The translations under genes were made by a program, and so were the position numbers. From the IMG/VR virus record IMGVR_UViG_3300037502_003876, positions 1 to 64,000 of that record: a DNA stretch of 64,000 bases. One strand, written 5' to 3'. This document shows positions 1 through 9,712 of this stretch, one piece after another. Numbering within the stretch: position 1 is the first letter of the stretch; each line of letters begins with the position of its first letter. The notes under the pieces are model-generated. The model did no database searches. It was given only the letters and a program-made list of their open reading frames with translations, and was not told the origin of the DNA. The DNA comes from a virus.

Positions 1-1
1 G

Positions 2-304
2 GCCGCCGCCCACGAGGTCACCGGCCCCGGGTACACGCCCGGCTACGGCGGCTCCGGCCGCAAGGCGCTCGCCAGCAAGACCGTCACCGCCGTCGCCGCG
101 TCGGACCGCGTGACCCTCGACGCCGCCGACCTGACCTGGACCGCGCTCGACGCGGGCACCGTCGCCTGGGTCGCCGTGCTGCTGGAGTCCGGGGGCAGCG
201 ACGCCACGAGCACGCTGGTCGCCGTGCTGTCCGTGCCGGCGACGACCACGGCCGGGGACGACTTCCCGGTGACGTGGCCGACCTCCGGGCTGTTCGTGCT
301 CTGA
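2..304 (+). CDS. C-terminal part of a virion-module protein (5' end outside the window)
   Basis: Open frame from the window edge, same frame as ORF 110..304. High third-position GC. Ends 26 nt before the next late gene. Confidence 0.4.
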   Translation, partial: AAAHEVTGPGYTPGYGGSGRKALASKTVTAVAASDRVTLDAADLTWTALDAGTVAWVAVLLESGGSDATSTLVAVLSVPATTTAGDDFPVTWPTSGLFVL

Positions 305-329
305 CCCTCGCCGCCGTCCGCCCGCCCCC

Positions 330-1109
330 ATGCCCACGCCCACGCCCGTCATCGTCGCCTGGACGGCCGGCAGCGCCACCACGTCGGCCGAGCCGGAGCC
401 CCGCTACCGGATCGGCGGCGTCGCGCTCCCGGCCACCACGCCCGCCACCGGCGGCGACCTGCTGCCGGTCTGCGACCCGTGGCTGAGCGAGGCGCTGCCG
501 TACTTCCAGCACTGCCTCAACCGCGCCCTCGCCCGCCAGCTCCGCGCCGCCCTCGCCGGGCAGAGCACCGGGGTCACCGCGTCCCGCGCCGCGTGCGTGG
601 AGACCGTGCCGGTGGACCCGGCCCACATCCTCTCGCCGCGCGCGCTCCGGCTGCCGTTGCTGGCCGGCTACCCGGTCAGCGCCACCTTCGCCGAGCGCAC
701 CCTGCACCACGAGCGCATGACCGCGCTCTACCGGCTGGACTACCTCCTGCCGACGCTCGCCCACGAGCAATCCACGCGCATCCTGCCCGCGCTGCAGGCG
801 GCGGCCGGCGTGCTGCTGCTGGCCATCCGCGCCGGCGCCTCGGCCAGCTACCAGGGCGGCCGCCGGGTCTGGGAGGAGAGCCAGGTGGAGCACGTCCGCG
901 CGGTCAGCGCCACCTTCGGCGCCTACGACCAGGGCGACCTCGCGCAGCGGCTCCCGGCGCTGAGCCTGACCGTGGAGGTCGGCCTGCGCTCCTTCGACGA
1001 CGAGGCGGCCGGGCTCCCGTTCTGGGGCGCCTCGCTCGCCGCCGTGCTCACCACCGACGAACCCGACGACGGGCTCACCGTCGCGCAAGCCGAGACCTCC
1101 CTGCCATGA
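330..1109 (+). CDS. Hypothetical late protein (head-tail joining or tail completion position)
   Basis: 259-aa ORF with good GC3, immediately upstream of the sheath gene cluster. ATGA overlap with the next gene. Confidence 0.55.
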   Translation: MPTPTPVIVAWTAGSATTSAEPEPRYRIGGVALPATTPATGGDLLPVCDPWLSEALPYFQHCLNRALARQLRAALAGQSTGVTASRAACVETVPVDPAHILSPRALRLPLLAGYPVSATFAERTLHHERMTALYRLDYLLPTLAHEQSTRILPALQAAAGVLLLAIRAGASASYQGGRRVWEESQVEHVRAVSATFGAYDQGDLAQRLPALSLTVEVGLRSFDDEAAGLPFWGASLAAVLTTDEPDDGLTVAQAETSLP

Positions 1110-1417
1110 CCCCTACCCCCACCGTGACCTGGGCGTTCCTCGCCGTCGACGGCGTGAACGTCCAGTGCCCGCGCGCCCTCGACAACGGCGTCGCCCGCGT
1201 CGTCGGCAAGCGCTTCGACCGGGAGACCGGCGCCTACGCGCTGTCGACGGAGCCGACCCGCTACGCCCTCCCCAAGCGGGAGGCCGCCGCGCTGCGCGGC
1301 TTCTTCGCCAAGGCCGTGCGCCTCGGCCACCTGCGCCCGGCCGACCGACTCACCGCCGAGACGTTCGGCGTTCCGCTCACCCCCCTTGCCCCCACCACCG
1401 GAGTGACCGATGGCTGA
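1106..1417 (+). CDS. Hypothetical late protein
   Basis: In-frame ATG at 1106 inside ORF 479..1417 overlaps the upstream stop (ATGA). The product MTPTPTVTWAFLAVDG... looks coding, unlike the Arg-rich upstream part of the ORF. Confidence 0.5.
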   Translation: MTPTPTVTWAFLAVDGVNVQCPRALDNGVARVVGKRFDRETGAYALSTEPTRYALPKREAAALRGFFAKAVRLGHLRPADRLTAETFGVPLTPLAPTTGVTDG

Positions 1418-2954
1418 CACGTTCTCCCTGGCCCTCACCGGGCTCGACGCCACCAACCCGATCCCGGGCATCTACGCCGAGGTCCGCTTCGCCCAGGGCC
1501 AGACCGGCGGCGACCTCGGCCCCCGGCGCGTCCTGATCCTGGCCCCCAAGACCAGCGCCGGCGTCATCACCGCGGACACCCAGGTGGTGCAGATCCAGGA
1601 CGAGGCCGACGCCATCACGCAGGCCGGCGCCGGGAGCCCGGCCCACCGGATGGCGCGCGCCTTCTTCGCCAACAACAAGTCCAGCGAGGTCTGGCTCCTC
1701 TGCCCGACCGCCGCCACCGGCTCGGCCGCCGTCGACAAGGTGACCATCACCAACACGGCCACCGCCAACGGCGTGCTCAGCGTGTGGACCTGCGGCGAGC
1801 AGATCGACGCGGCCATCACCACCGGCGACACGGCGACCGTCATCGGCGACGCCATCGCCCAGGCCATCAACAACCAGACCCACCTGCCGTTCACCGCGTC
1901 CAACGCCGCCGGCGTCGTCACCCTCACCGGCAAGATCGCCGGCACCGACCTCAACACGGTCCGGTTCCGCGCCAAGGTCACCGGCACCGGCATCGCCACC
2001 ACCGTCAGCCCGACCGCCGACACCGCCCTCGGCGCGTCCGGCGCGGGCGGCGCCGCTATCGGGGTCGGCACCATCAGCTACACCGCGGCGCTCGCCACCC
2101 TGCTCCCGCGCAAGTTCGACGTCCTGCTCGCCGGCTCCCAGGAGGCCACGCCGCTCGACGCGCTGCTGGACCAGGTGACGGTGCAGGCCGAGCCGAGCAC
2201 CGGCTTTCTCCAGAAGGTCTACGCCGGCGCCTGCCTCGCCCCGTCCGCCGCCGCCACCCTCGCCTCCGGCGCCTCGCTCAACCGCGCCCGCGCCGACCTC
2301 ATCAACGCCGAGGAGTGCCCGGTCGAGCACTACGTCCTGTGCGCCATCGTCGCCGGCCGGTACCTCGTGCACAACGCGAGCGACCCGTCGTACAGTTTCG
2401 ACGGGTACGGCACCCGGTCCGGCCAGGTCCTCCTCGGGCTCAGCCGCCCGTACAACGACAGCGCCCTGCCGACGGTCGCCGAGCAGAAGTCGATGCTCAA
2501 CCAGGGCGTCACCCCCATCGCCTACACCGACGGCGGCGCCCCCTACGTCGTCCGCGCCGTCACCACGCAGTGCAAGGCGGGGAGCAACTTCGACTACCGC
2601 GTGCGCGACGCCCACATCGTGACCGTGGCGGACCGCTTCACCTCGGACCTCAAGGCGAAGATCGCCGCCGCCCCCTGGACCAAGGTCACCCGCGATCCCG
2701 TCGGCGCCCGCCCCGAGCCCGGCCCGGCGTTCGCCACCCCGCGCCGCATGAAGGCGCTGATCGAGCAGCTCGTCAGCGACTACGCCAGCGCCGGCTGGCT
2801 CGACCCGGCCAAGGTCCAGGCCACCCTCGACGGCATCGTCGTCGGCCAGGACCCGCTCGTGCCCTCGCGCCTCAACACGAGCATCCCGCTCTACAGCGCC
2901 ATCCTGCTCCACCAACACGCGCTGCTGGTCAAGGAGAGCAGCGCCGCCACCTGA
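1410..2954 (+). CDS. Contractile tail sheath protein
   Basis: 514 aa, directly followed by a 126-aa tube-sized gene, a chaperone and the tape measure. N-terminus (IPGIYAEV...VLILAPKTSAG) is typical of Mu/P2-type sheath proteins. Confidence 0.8.
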   Translation: MADTFSLALTGLDATNPIPGIYAEVRFAQGQTGGDLGPRRVLILAPKTSAGVITADTQVVQIQDEADAITQAGAGSPAHRMARAFFANNKSSEVWLLCPTAATGSAAVDKVTITNTATANGVLSVWTCGEQIDAAITTGDTATVIGDAIAQAINNQTHLPFTASNAAGVVTLTGKIAGTDLNTVRFRAKVTGTGIATTVSPTADTALGASGAGGAAIGVGTISYTAALATLLPRKFDVLLAGSQEATPLDALLDQVTVQAEPSTGFLQKVYAGACLAPSAAATLASGASLNRARADLINAEECPVEHYVLCAIVAGRYLVHNASDPSYSFDGYGTRSGQVLLGLSRPYNDSALPTVAEQKSMLNQGVTPIAYTDGGAPYVVRAVTTQCKAGSNFDYRVRDAHIVTVADRFTSDLKAKIAAAPWTKVTRDPVGARPEPGPAFATPRRMKALIEQLVSDYASAGWLDPAKVQATLDGIVVGQDPLVPSRLNTSIPLYSAILLHQHALLVKESSAAT

Positions 2955-2969
2955 ACGGAGTGACTGCCC

Positions 2970-3350
2970 ATGTCTGCTCTCCAGATTTACGAGCGCGGCG
3001 CTCTCTTCGCCGACGGCCAGCTCCTGGTCGAGTGCCAGTCGATCACGGTGAACCTCGACCCGAAGCTCAACGAGATCAACACCATGCAGAAGGGGTTCGC
3101 CGGCGTGAGCCCCGGCAGCGAGATGTGCACCATCGACGTCGCCGAGGCGCTGCCCCGGATCGGCTTCGACTACGACGCGATCTCGGCCATGCAGGGCATC
3201 GACATCGTGGAGATGGTCCTGTTCGCCGGCGCGAAGAAGCTCAAGTTCAAGGGCTTCATCAACAAGGTGGGCCTCAACCTCGGCGCCGACCGCGCGGCCG
3301 AGTTCAGCTTCGGGCTGATCGCGGCGCCGGTCGAGACCTCGGACCTCTGA
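2970..3350 (+). CDS. Tail tube protein
   Basis: 126 aa. Conserved position between the sheath and chaperone genes. Confidence 0.7.
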   Translation: MSALQIYERGALFADGQLLVECQSITVNLDPKLNEINTMQKGFAGVSPGSEMCTIDVAEALPRIGFDYDAISAMQGIDIVEMVLFAGAKKLKFKGFINKVGLNLGADRAAEFSFGLIAAPVETSDL

Positions 3351-3961
3351 TGGCCAACCCGCCCCCGGGCCGCCGCGTCGGCGAGGTGATGGCGCGCATC
3401 ATCGACCGCGGCCGGCTCCCCCACGCCACCGTCGACTTCCCCCGCCTGGACGACCTCGGCCAGCCGGTCGCCCGCGTCTACCTCCGGCCGCTCACGCAGG
3501 CGGAGCTGGACGTGGCCCGCGCCAACGCCCGCGCCTACGTCCACCGCATCCTCGGCGACCCGAAGAACGGCGTCCCGTGGAAGCCGGAGGAACTGGAGGA
3601 CAACGCCACCGCCGCCGAGATCCTGGCCGTTGCCTGCCGCAACGCCGACGACCCGGCCCGGCCGTTCTTCGAGCACGGCGCCATGGAGACGCGCGAGTGC
3701 ACGACCGAGGAACTGGCGATCCTCTTCAACCACTACAACGTCATCCGCGAGCGGTCCTACCCGACCTTCCGCGAGATGACCGACGCCGAGGCCGCGGCCT
3801 GGCTCAAGGCGCTGGAGGAGGACGCCGAGTCCTTCCCTTTCTCCCTCACCTCGCGGTCGAGGCTGGAAGCGTTCTGCGTGTGGGCCGCGAGGTTCTCGGG
3901 CTCCCTGGCCCGCCAGCTACTTGGCACGACGTCGAGTTCCTCGCCTGCGTCGCCCTCCTGA
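3350..3961 (+). CDS. Tail assembly chaperone (a frame switch near the 3' end is possible, see findings)
   Basis: ATG at 3350 overlaps the tube stop. Position is between the tube and tape measure genes. The -1 frame becomes the coding-looking frame from about 3922 to 4011. Confidence 0.55.
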   Translation: MANPPPGRRVGEVMARIIDRGRLPHATVDFPRLDDLGQPVARVYLRPLTQAELDVARANARAYVHRILGDPKNGVPWKPEELEDNATAAEILAVACRNADDPARPFFEHGAMETRECTTEELAILFNHYNVIRERSYPTFREMTDAEAAAWLKALEEDAESFPFSLTSRSRLEAFCVWAARFSGSLARQLLGTTSSSSPASPS

Positions 3962-4014
3962 ACGTCGGCCTGCGCCAGCAGAAGCGCGCGGCCGCCACCC
4001 CCACCCGCTGAGCC

Positions 4015-6336
4015 ATGGCCACCGACGTCAAGGTCAACTTCCGCGTCACCGGCGCCGCTGACCTGCAGCGCGCCTTCTCCACGGTCACCGCGTCCGCCCA
4101 GCGCGGGGCCGCGGCCGCCGCCCGCGCCCAGACCACCGGCGCCACCCAGGCGTCCGCCGCCCGGAAGAAGGCCAACAGCGAGATGCTGTCCGACGCCGAG
4201 GCGCTGGCCAACGCGGAGATCGCGCTCATCCGCCGCGTCAACCGCGCCCGGACCGAGGCGGCCAAGGAGCAGGTCAAACTGCAGGCCGAGGCCCAGGCGC
4301 AGCTCGACCGCATGACCGCCGCCCAGGAGCGCGCCGCCCGCGCGAGCAACCGCCGCCGGGCCGCCGGCGAGATCGGGTCCGGCGCGGCGGCCGGGTTCAA
4401 GGCGGGGGCGGCCATCATCGGCGGCGCCGTCGGCATCAACGCGGCGTCCGCCCTGCGCGACCAGATGAGCCTGGAGGAGCGCGCCGCCCTGCTGCGCAAC
4501 GCCTCCGGCAAGAACCAGTCGCAGTTCGATTCCATCGCCCAGGCAAAGAAGATCAGCAACCTCACCGGCGTCTCCGCGTCGGAGGTCATGACCGGCTTTG
4601 AACAGCTCTCCGGCAAGGCCGGCGGCGGCGGCCTGGTCGAGTACACCAAGCAGTACGAGCAACTGGCCAAGGTCGCCCGCGGCGCCGGCGTCAGCATGGC
4701 CGACCTGGGCAACACCCTCGGCACGCTCTACAACCGCGGCGTCAAGGCGGACAGCGTGGTGAAGGTGGTCGAGGCGCTGGTCCAGCAAGGCAAGGACGGC
4801 GCCGTCGAGTTCAACCAGCTTGCCACCCTGCTCGACGCCAGCAGCGGCGCGCTGGGCAAGTTCAAGATGGGCGACGCCGACCGCATCATGACCGCCGGCG
4901 GACTGTCGCAGTTCGCCCGCACGTTCGGCAAGAAGTCCGCCGAGGAGTCCACCAACGCGGTGGAAGACCTGGCCCGCGACCTCGCCGGCAAGGCGGACGT
5001 CATCCAGAAGCTGACCGGCGGACAGCTCACCCGCGTCACCACCAAGGGCACGAAGACCGTGCGCATGGTCAACGGGCGCAAGGTCGAGACCGAGGTGGGC
5101 GGCGGCACCGTCGACCGCTACGCCGGCGGCGTGGAGGTCGGCACGGACACGACCCGGGCTCAACTCCGCGACATCAACACGCTCCTGCCGGACATCATCG
5201 AGGGCGTCGTCAAGAGCGGCAACGCCGGCAAGCTGATGGGCGAGGGCGGCATCTTCACCGGCAACGGCACGGCCATCGCCGGCCCGCTGCTGCAGGCGTT
5301 CACGAGCGGCATCAAGAAGAACGCCGAGGGCCGGTTCGAGCTGGCCAAGGAAGGCGACAAGGCGGACGTGACCGGGCGCGCCGCGGTCGAGGCCATGCTC
5401 AAGCAGTTCCAGGCGGCCGACGTCGCCGCCGGTACCAGTGAGAAGGCGTTCGCCGAGGTGATGAACTCCTCCAACGCCAAGCTCAACCAGCAGATCGAGA
5501 CCCTCAAGAACGAGATCGGCACCAAGCTCGGCCCCGTCGCCCAGAAGGCCATCGAGAACCCGAAGACCGCCATGGCCGCGATCCTCGCTGGCGGCACCGC
5601 GCTCGGCGTGGCCAACGTCGGGATCGGCAAGCTGGGCGGGGCCATGCTCGACAAGATCTTCCCCAAGGCCGTCGGCAGCATGACCGTCACCGCGGCCACC
5701 GTCGTCGTCGGTGGCCCGGGTGCGGTCGCCGCCGGCGCCGCTGCGTCGACGTCCAGCGCCGCCACGACCGCGGCCGGTTCGGTCGGGACCGCGGGCAAGG
5801 CCGGGGCGCTGGCCACGCTCGGCGCCGTCGGCGCCGTGGCCGCCAACGTCTATGGGCTCTACAAGGTCGGGGAGCAGGCGTCCGCGGACACGGGCGCCAT
5901 CGCCCGCGGCGACGCCGGGCACGCGCTGGCCGCGAAGATCGCCGGCGGCGGTGGCACGGAGGCCGACCGCGACCGAGCCGGCGTCCTCGCCAAGCAGGCC
6001 GAGATGATGCAAGGCGGATTCTTCGGGCGCATGGCCGGCAGCGCGCTGGCCATGGGCGACCAGATGAAGCAAGAGGGCGTCAGCCTGGCCAGCCTCGGCA
6101 AGATGATGGCGCTGCCGTTCTCCATGGTCGGCGGCGCCGTGAAGTCCGGCGACGCGGAGGCGCAGTCCGCGCAGAAGTCCGTGGGCGAGGAACTCAAGGC
6201 GGCGCTCTCCGGGCAGCCGCTCAAGCTCGACCCGGGCGCCAGCATCCAGATCGCCAACCCGGACGCCATCGCCGCGCCCATCGCGGAAGCCGTCCGGGCG
6301 GCCAGTCTGCAGGGCCCCAAGGCGCAGACGGAGTGA
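4015..6336 (+). CDS. Tail tape measure protein
   Basis: 773 aa, Ala/Gly/Lys-rich with coiled-coil character and a hydrophobic Gly/Ala-rich segment. Canonical position. Confidence 0.85.
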   Translation: MATDVKVNFRVTGAADLQRAFSTVTASAQRGAAAAARAQTTGATQASAARKKANSEMLSDAEALANAEIALIRRVNRARTEAAKEQVKLQAEAQAQLDRMTAAQERAARASNRRRAAGEIGSGAAAGFKAGAAIIGGAVGINAASALRDQMSLEERAALLRNASGKNQSQFDSIAQAKKISNLTGVSASEVMTGFEQLSGKAGGGGLVEYTKQYEQLAKVARGAGVSMADLGNTLGTLYNRGVKADSVVKVVEALVQQGKDGAVEFNQLATLLDASSGALGKFKMGDADRIMTAGGLSQFARTFGKKSAEESTNAVEDLARDLAGKADVIQKLTGGQLTRVTTKGTKTVRMVNGRKVETEVGGGTVDRYAGGVEVGTDTTRAQLRDINTLLPDIIEGVVKSGNAGKLMGEGGIFTGNGTAIAGPLLQAFTSGIKKNAEGRFELAKEGDKADVTGRAAVEAMLKQFQAADVAAGTSEKAFAEVMNSSNAKLNQQIETLKNEIGTKLGPVAQKAIENPKTAMAAILAGGTALGVANVGIGKLGGAMLDKIFPKAVGSMTVTAATVVVGGPGAVAAGAAASTSSAATTAAGSVGTAGKAGALATLGAVGAVAANVYGLYKVGEQASADTGAIARGDAGHALAAKIAGGGGTEADRDRAGVLAKQAEMMQGGFFGRMAGSALAMGDQMKQEGVSLASLGKMMALPFSMVGGAVKSGDAEAQSAQKSVGEELKAALSGQPLKLDPGASIQIANPDAIAAPIAEAVRAASLQGPKAQTE

Positions 6337-6339
6337 GCC

Positions 6340-7275
6340 ATGCCCATCGACCCGAACACCCGGCGCAGCGACCTGGACGTGCTGTCCACCACGGACCTCG
6401 CCCGGTGGCGCGACGTGGCGTTCGTCTGCGGGCCGGTCTCGATCTCGTTTGACCAGCAGCACGCCGTCCACACCTACCCGGACCGGGACGCCGGCTACGT
6501 GGAGAGCACCGGGCGCAACCCGGCGACGTTCACGTTCACGGCCATCTTCCGCCGGGGCGTGGTCGGCCCGGGCGGCGGACGCGAGGCGTTCCCGGGCGAG
6601 TGGCTACGGTTCCAGGCGGCGTGCGCGGACCGCACCGCCGGCGACCTCGTGCACCCGCTCCTCGGCACCGTCAAGGCCAAGTGCCAGCGGTGCTCCACCT
6701 CCGTCGACCCGAACCGCCGCGACGGCGTGGACGTGGACGTGTCGTTCATCGAGGCGACCGACCGCGACGACGAGCTGGCGGCGCTCCTCGGGCAGATCTC
6801 CCCGCTCGGCTCCTGCTACGACGGCGCCCGCGCGTTCGACGGCGCCTACGCCGCGGTCCAGCCGGAGCCGCCCCCGCTGCCGGAGAGCCTGCGTCCGTCG
6901 CTGCTGGACAGCATCAAGCAGCTCTCCGGCGCGCTCGCCCAGGCCCGCCTCGGCGTGGGCAACGTCATCGCCCAAATCGACGGCATGGCCAGCGCCATCA
7001 ACGACCTTAGCGACCAGATCGCCGCGCTCGACGACCCGAAGAACTACCGCGCCCTCGACGCGCTGGAGCGCACGTTCGCCGCGCTGCTCCGGCTCGGCCA
7101 GGAGGTCAAGAAGCGCGCCCGCCCGTTCCGGCAGGTGACGCTGCTGCGCGAGATGAGCCTGCCGGAGATCAGCAGCCAGTACGGCACCCCGCTGCAGGAC
7201 CTCTTCCGGCTGAACCCGCTCATTGCCACCCGGGACACGATGCCGCCCGGGTCCATCGTCTTCGTCCACGTCTGA
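6340..7275 (+). CDS. DNA circulation protein (Mu gpN-like) with a LysM-like C-terminus
   Basis: N-terminal pattern WRDVAF...HTYPDRDAGYVESTGRNPATFTFTAIF matches the Mu N family. C-terminus ISSQYGTPLQDLFRLNP is LysM-like. Position is right after the tape measure. Confidence 0.7.
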   Translation: MPIDPNTRRSDLDVLSTTDLARWRDVAFVCGPVSISFDQQHAVHTYPDRDAGYVESTGRNPATFTFTAIFRRGVVGPGGGREAFPGEWLRFQAACADRTAGDLVHPLLGTVKAKCQRCSTSVDPNRRDGVDVDVSFIEATDRDDELAALLGQISPLGSCYDGARAFDGAYAAVQPEPPPLPESLRPSLLDSIKQLSGALAQARLGVGNVIAQIDGMASAINDLSDQIAALDDPKNYRALDALERTFAALLRLGQEVKKRARPFRQVTLLREMSLPEISSQYGTPLQDLFRLNPLIATRDTMPPGSIVFVHV

Positions 7276-7293
7276 CCCGCGCCGCCAGCCGCC

Positions 7294-8679
7294 ATGCCCA
7301 CGAACCCGGACCTTGACCGGCTGGTGCTCCTCGCGGAGACCGGCGACGCGTTCGACCTGTGGACCGAGTGCACCATCGAGGACTCGTTCCTCGACCCGTG
7401 CCAGACCATGCGCCTGCGGGTCGGCGTGGACGAGACGCGGTTCGGGCTGGTCAACCGGCTGCGCAAGGGGAGCCAGTTCCAGGTGCAGGTGAACGGCGCC
7501 CCGCAGCTCTCCGGGTTCATCGACGCGGTGAGCATCGACAGCAGCCACAGCGGGACCAGCGTGGAGGTCACGGGCCGGGACATCCTCAGCCCGGTGGTGG
7601 ACAGCCACGTCGACCGCAAACTGGCCGTGCCCAAGGGGGTCACCCTGCGCGGCCTGGCGCGGCTGGTCTTCCAGGAGCAGTTCGCCCTGCCGGTCATCTT
7701 CGGCCGCGGGCTGGCGGACCTCGCCGACTCGGACGCCGCGGCCATCGCCGCCCGCAACCAGGCCGTCGGCAAGCCGGTCGCCGCCCGGCCCCGCGCCAAG
7801 CGCAAGCGCCCGACCGACCCGATGAAGGACGTGCGCCCCCGGCCGAACGAGGGCGGGTACCAGTACTTCAGCCGGTTCGCGCACCGGGTCGGCTACCACG
7901 CGTGGGCGCAGCCGGACGGGCAAGGGGTCATCCTCGGCGCGCCCTGCTACGACCAGGACGCCATCGGGGAGCTGGTCAACCTGCGCGGCGGCTACGGCGC
8001 CGGCAACACCATCGAGCGGTCCAGCATCCGCAGCGACAACACGGCCGTCCCGTCCCACGTCTACGTCTACGGCAAGTCGAGCAAGCCGGGCGACAAGTCC
8101 ACCATCCTCGGCTACGCGGTCAACGAGTCCGCGCCGTTCTTCAAGCCGTTCTACGTCACCGACGAGGAGAGCGACGACAAGGACCACGCCGACGCCTATG
8201 CCCGGTTCCTGCTGGGCAAGGCGCTGCGCACCGCCAGCGTCTACCAGGTGACCGTGCGCGGGTTCAGCGACCCGAAGACCGGCGCCATCTACAACGTCGA
8301 CACCGTGCTCAACGTCACCGACGAGGTGTGCGGCGTCGACGGGCCGATGTGGGTGGAGCGCCGGGTGTTCCGCAAGAGCCGCGGCGGCACCTTCACCGAC
8401 CTCACGCTCATCCCGGCCGACAGCCTCCTGCTGGACTACTACGCCAGCGACTCGCTCCCGCCGTTCGAGAAGCCGGCCGTCGCGCTCGCCAAGGTGCAGG
8501 CCAAGCCGCCGGTGAGCCGGCGCGAGTACACCGGCGTCGACTTCGCCACCATCGCGCTCTGGGGCGCCGCCGGCGCCATCGAGAAAGAGGCGTCGGAGCA
8601 GTACGCCTCCACCTCGGCCGCGCCGCTCACGTCCGGCAGCGGCACCAGCAACCTCAACCCGAACACCCCCGGCGCCTGA
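7294..8679 (+). CDS. Baseplate hub protein (Mu gp44 / P2 gpD-like)
   Basis: 461 aa. Gene order is N-like, hub, spike, W-like, J-like. Confidence 0.65.
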   Translation: MPTNPDLDRLVLLAETGDAFDLWTECTIEDSFLDPCQTMRLRVGVDETRFGLVNRLRKGSQFQVQVNGAPQLSGFIDAVSIDSSHSGTSVEVTGRDILSPVVDSHVDRKLAVPKGVTLRGLARLVFQEQFALPVIFGRGLADLADSDAAAIAARNQAVGKPVAARPRAKRKRPTDPMKDVRPRPNEGGYQYFSRFAHRVGYHAWAQPDGQGVILGAPCYDQDAIGELVNLRGGYGAGNTIERSSIRSDNTAVPSHVYVYGKSSKPGDKSTILGYAVNESAPFFKPFYVTDEESDDKDHADAYARFLLGKALRTASVYQVTVRGFSDPKTGAIYNVDTVLNVTDEVCGVDGPMWVERRVFRKSRGGTFTDLTLIPADSLLLDYYASDSLPPFEKPAVALAKVQAKPPVSRREYTGVDFATIALWGAAGAIEKEASEQYASTSAAPLTSGSGTSNLNPNTPGA

Positions 8680-8688
8680 CCCCACGCG

Positions 8689-9372
8689 ATGCCCGCCCTC
8701 CAGTACAGCACCACCTTCGGCGCCACCTACGGCAGCACCGCGTCCGGCGGCGCCTCCACGCTGGTCACCACCTCGCTCCGCGACGGCGACGACGAGGAGG
8801 GGCAAACCGGCCACGACGCGGAGGTCTGGGGGGTTGCCCCGGTGGTCTACGTGCCGGACGACCCGACCGACGCCGGGGCGTGCCAGTCGCTCACCACGCT
8901 GCTCGGCGGCGTGCCGGTCTGCCTCGGCACCCGCGACCTGCGCGCGGTCCACGCCATCCCGGCCCTCGGCCGCGGCGACGCCGCGTTCGTCTGCCCCACC
9001 GGCCGGGGCGGGCTCATCGTCCAGAAGGACGGCAGCCTCACGCTGCTGCAGCGCGGCACCGGCGGGCGCAAGGACGCGCTCCTGTCGATTGAGGCCGACG
9101 GGTCGCTGGTCATCACCACGCCCCACGGGCAGATCGTGCTGGACGCGGACGGCTTCCGGGTGATCGGGCCGAACGGCGAGGCGCTGGGCCTCGGGGGCAA
9201 CGACTTCACGGTGACCGCAACCACCGTCGCCCTCGCCGGCTCCACCGTCGCCCTCGGCGCCGGCGCCAGCGTCCCGCTTGCCGCGGCGCCCCTGACCCCG
9301 GCGGCCACCGGCGGCGGCCCCGGGTTCTACAGCGTGGTGCCGGTCAAGAACCTCTTCGTCGTGCCCGGGTGA
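8689..9372 (+). CDS. Baseplate spike / assembly protein V-like (Mu gp45-like)
   Basis: 227 aa. Called from position and from the Gly-rich beta-type C-terminal half. Confidence 0.55.
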   Translation: MPALQYSTTFGATYGSTASGGASTLVTTSLRDGDDEEGQTGHDAEVWGVAPVVYVPDDPTDAGACQSLTTLLGGVPVCLGTRDLRAVHAIPALGRGDAAFVCPTGRGGLIVQKDGSLTLLQRGTGGRKDALLSIEADGSLVITTPHGQIVLDADGFRVIGPNGEALGLGGNDFTVTATTVALAGSTVALGAGASVPLAAAPLTPAATGGGPGFYSVVPVKNLFVVPG

Positions 9373-9378
9373 CCCGCC

Positions 9379-9711
9379 ATGAGCCTGTGCCAACTCCCGA
9401 GCCTCACCCTCCCGGGTCTGCCGTCGATCAGCCTGGCGCTCCCCATCCCGCGCATCCCGATCCCGCGGCTCCCCTCCCTCGGTCTGCCCGGGCTCAACCT
9501 CCCGTCGATCCCGATCCCGGGCCTGCCGTCGATCAGCCTGGCGCTGCCCATCCCCCGGCTCCCGCTGCCCCGGCTCCCGTCGCTCACGCTGCCCGGGCTC
9601 AACCTGCCTGCGATCCCGTTCCCGTCGCTGCCGTCGCTGAGCCTCGCGCTCCCGATCCCGCGCATCCCCCTCCCGCGCCTGCCCAGGTGCCCGCTCGACG
9701 TGGTGACCTGA
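9379..9711 (+). CDS. Leu/Pro-rich tandem-repeat protein in the baseplate module
   Basis: Fits exactly between the flanking genes (stop 9372, next ATG 9713). High GC3 in this frame. Contains about three 35-aa (105-bp) repeats: LPSISLALPIPRIPIPRLPSLGLPGLNLPSIPIPG. Confidence 0.6.
   Translation: MSLCQLPSLTLPGLPSISLALPIPRIPIPRLPSLGLPGLNLPSIPIPGLPSISLALPIPRLPLPRLPSLTLPGLNLPAIPFPSLPSLSLALPIPRIPLPRLPRCPLDVVT
9412..9690 (+). repeat. About 105-bp tandem repeat (roughly 2.7 copies) inside CDS 9379..9711
   Basis: ccgtcgatcagcctggcgct(c/g)cccatccc... recurs at about 9421 and 9526, with a degenerate copy at about 9631. Confidence 0.7.
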
Positions 9712-9712
9712 C

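Noticed and set aside
3577-3921. ORF 3577..4011 as an independent gene overlapping the tail chaperone.
   Set aside because: Its first 115 codons or so are Arg-rich and lack GC3 bias. Only the last 30 codons or so look coding, and those are reported as a possible frameshift extension.
9412-9690. Tandem repeats at 9412-9690 and 22800-23430 were considered as possible CRISPR arrays for the Cas-like genes.
   Set aside because: The periods (105 and 60 bp) are multiples of 3 and in frame with strongly biased ORFs. The units are contiguous with no unique spacers, and both lie inside the late structural operon.
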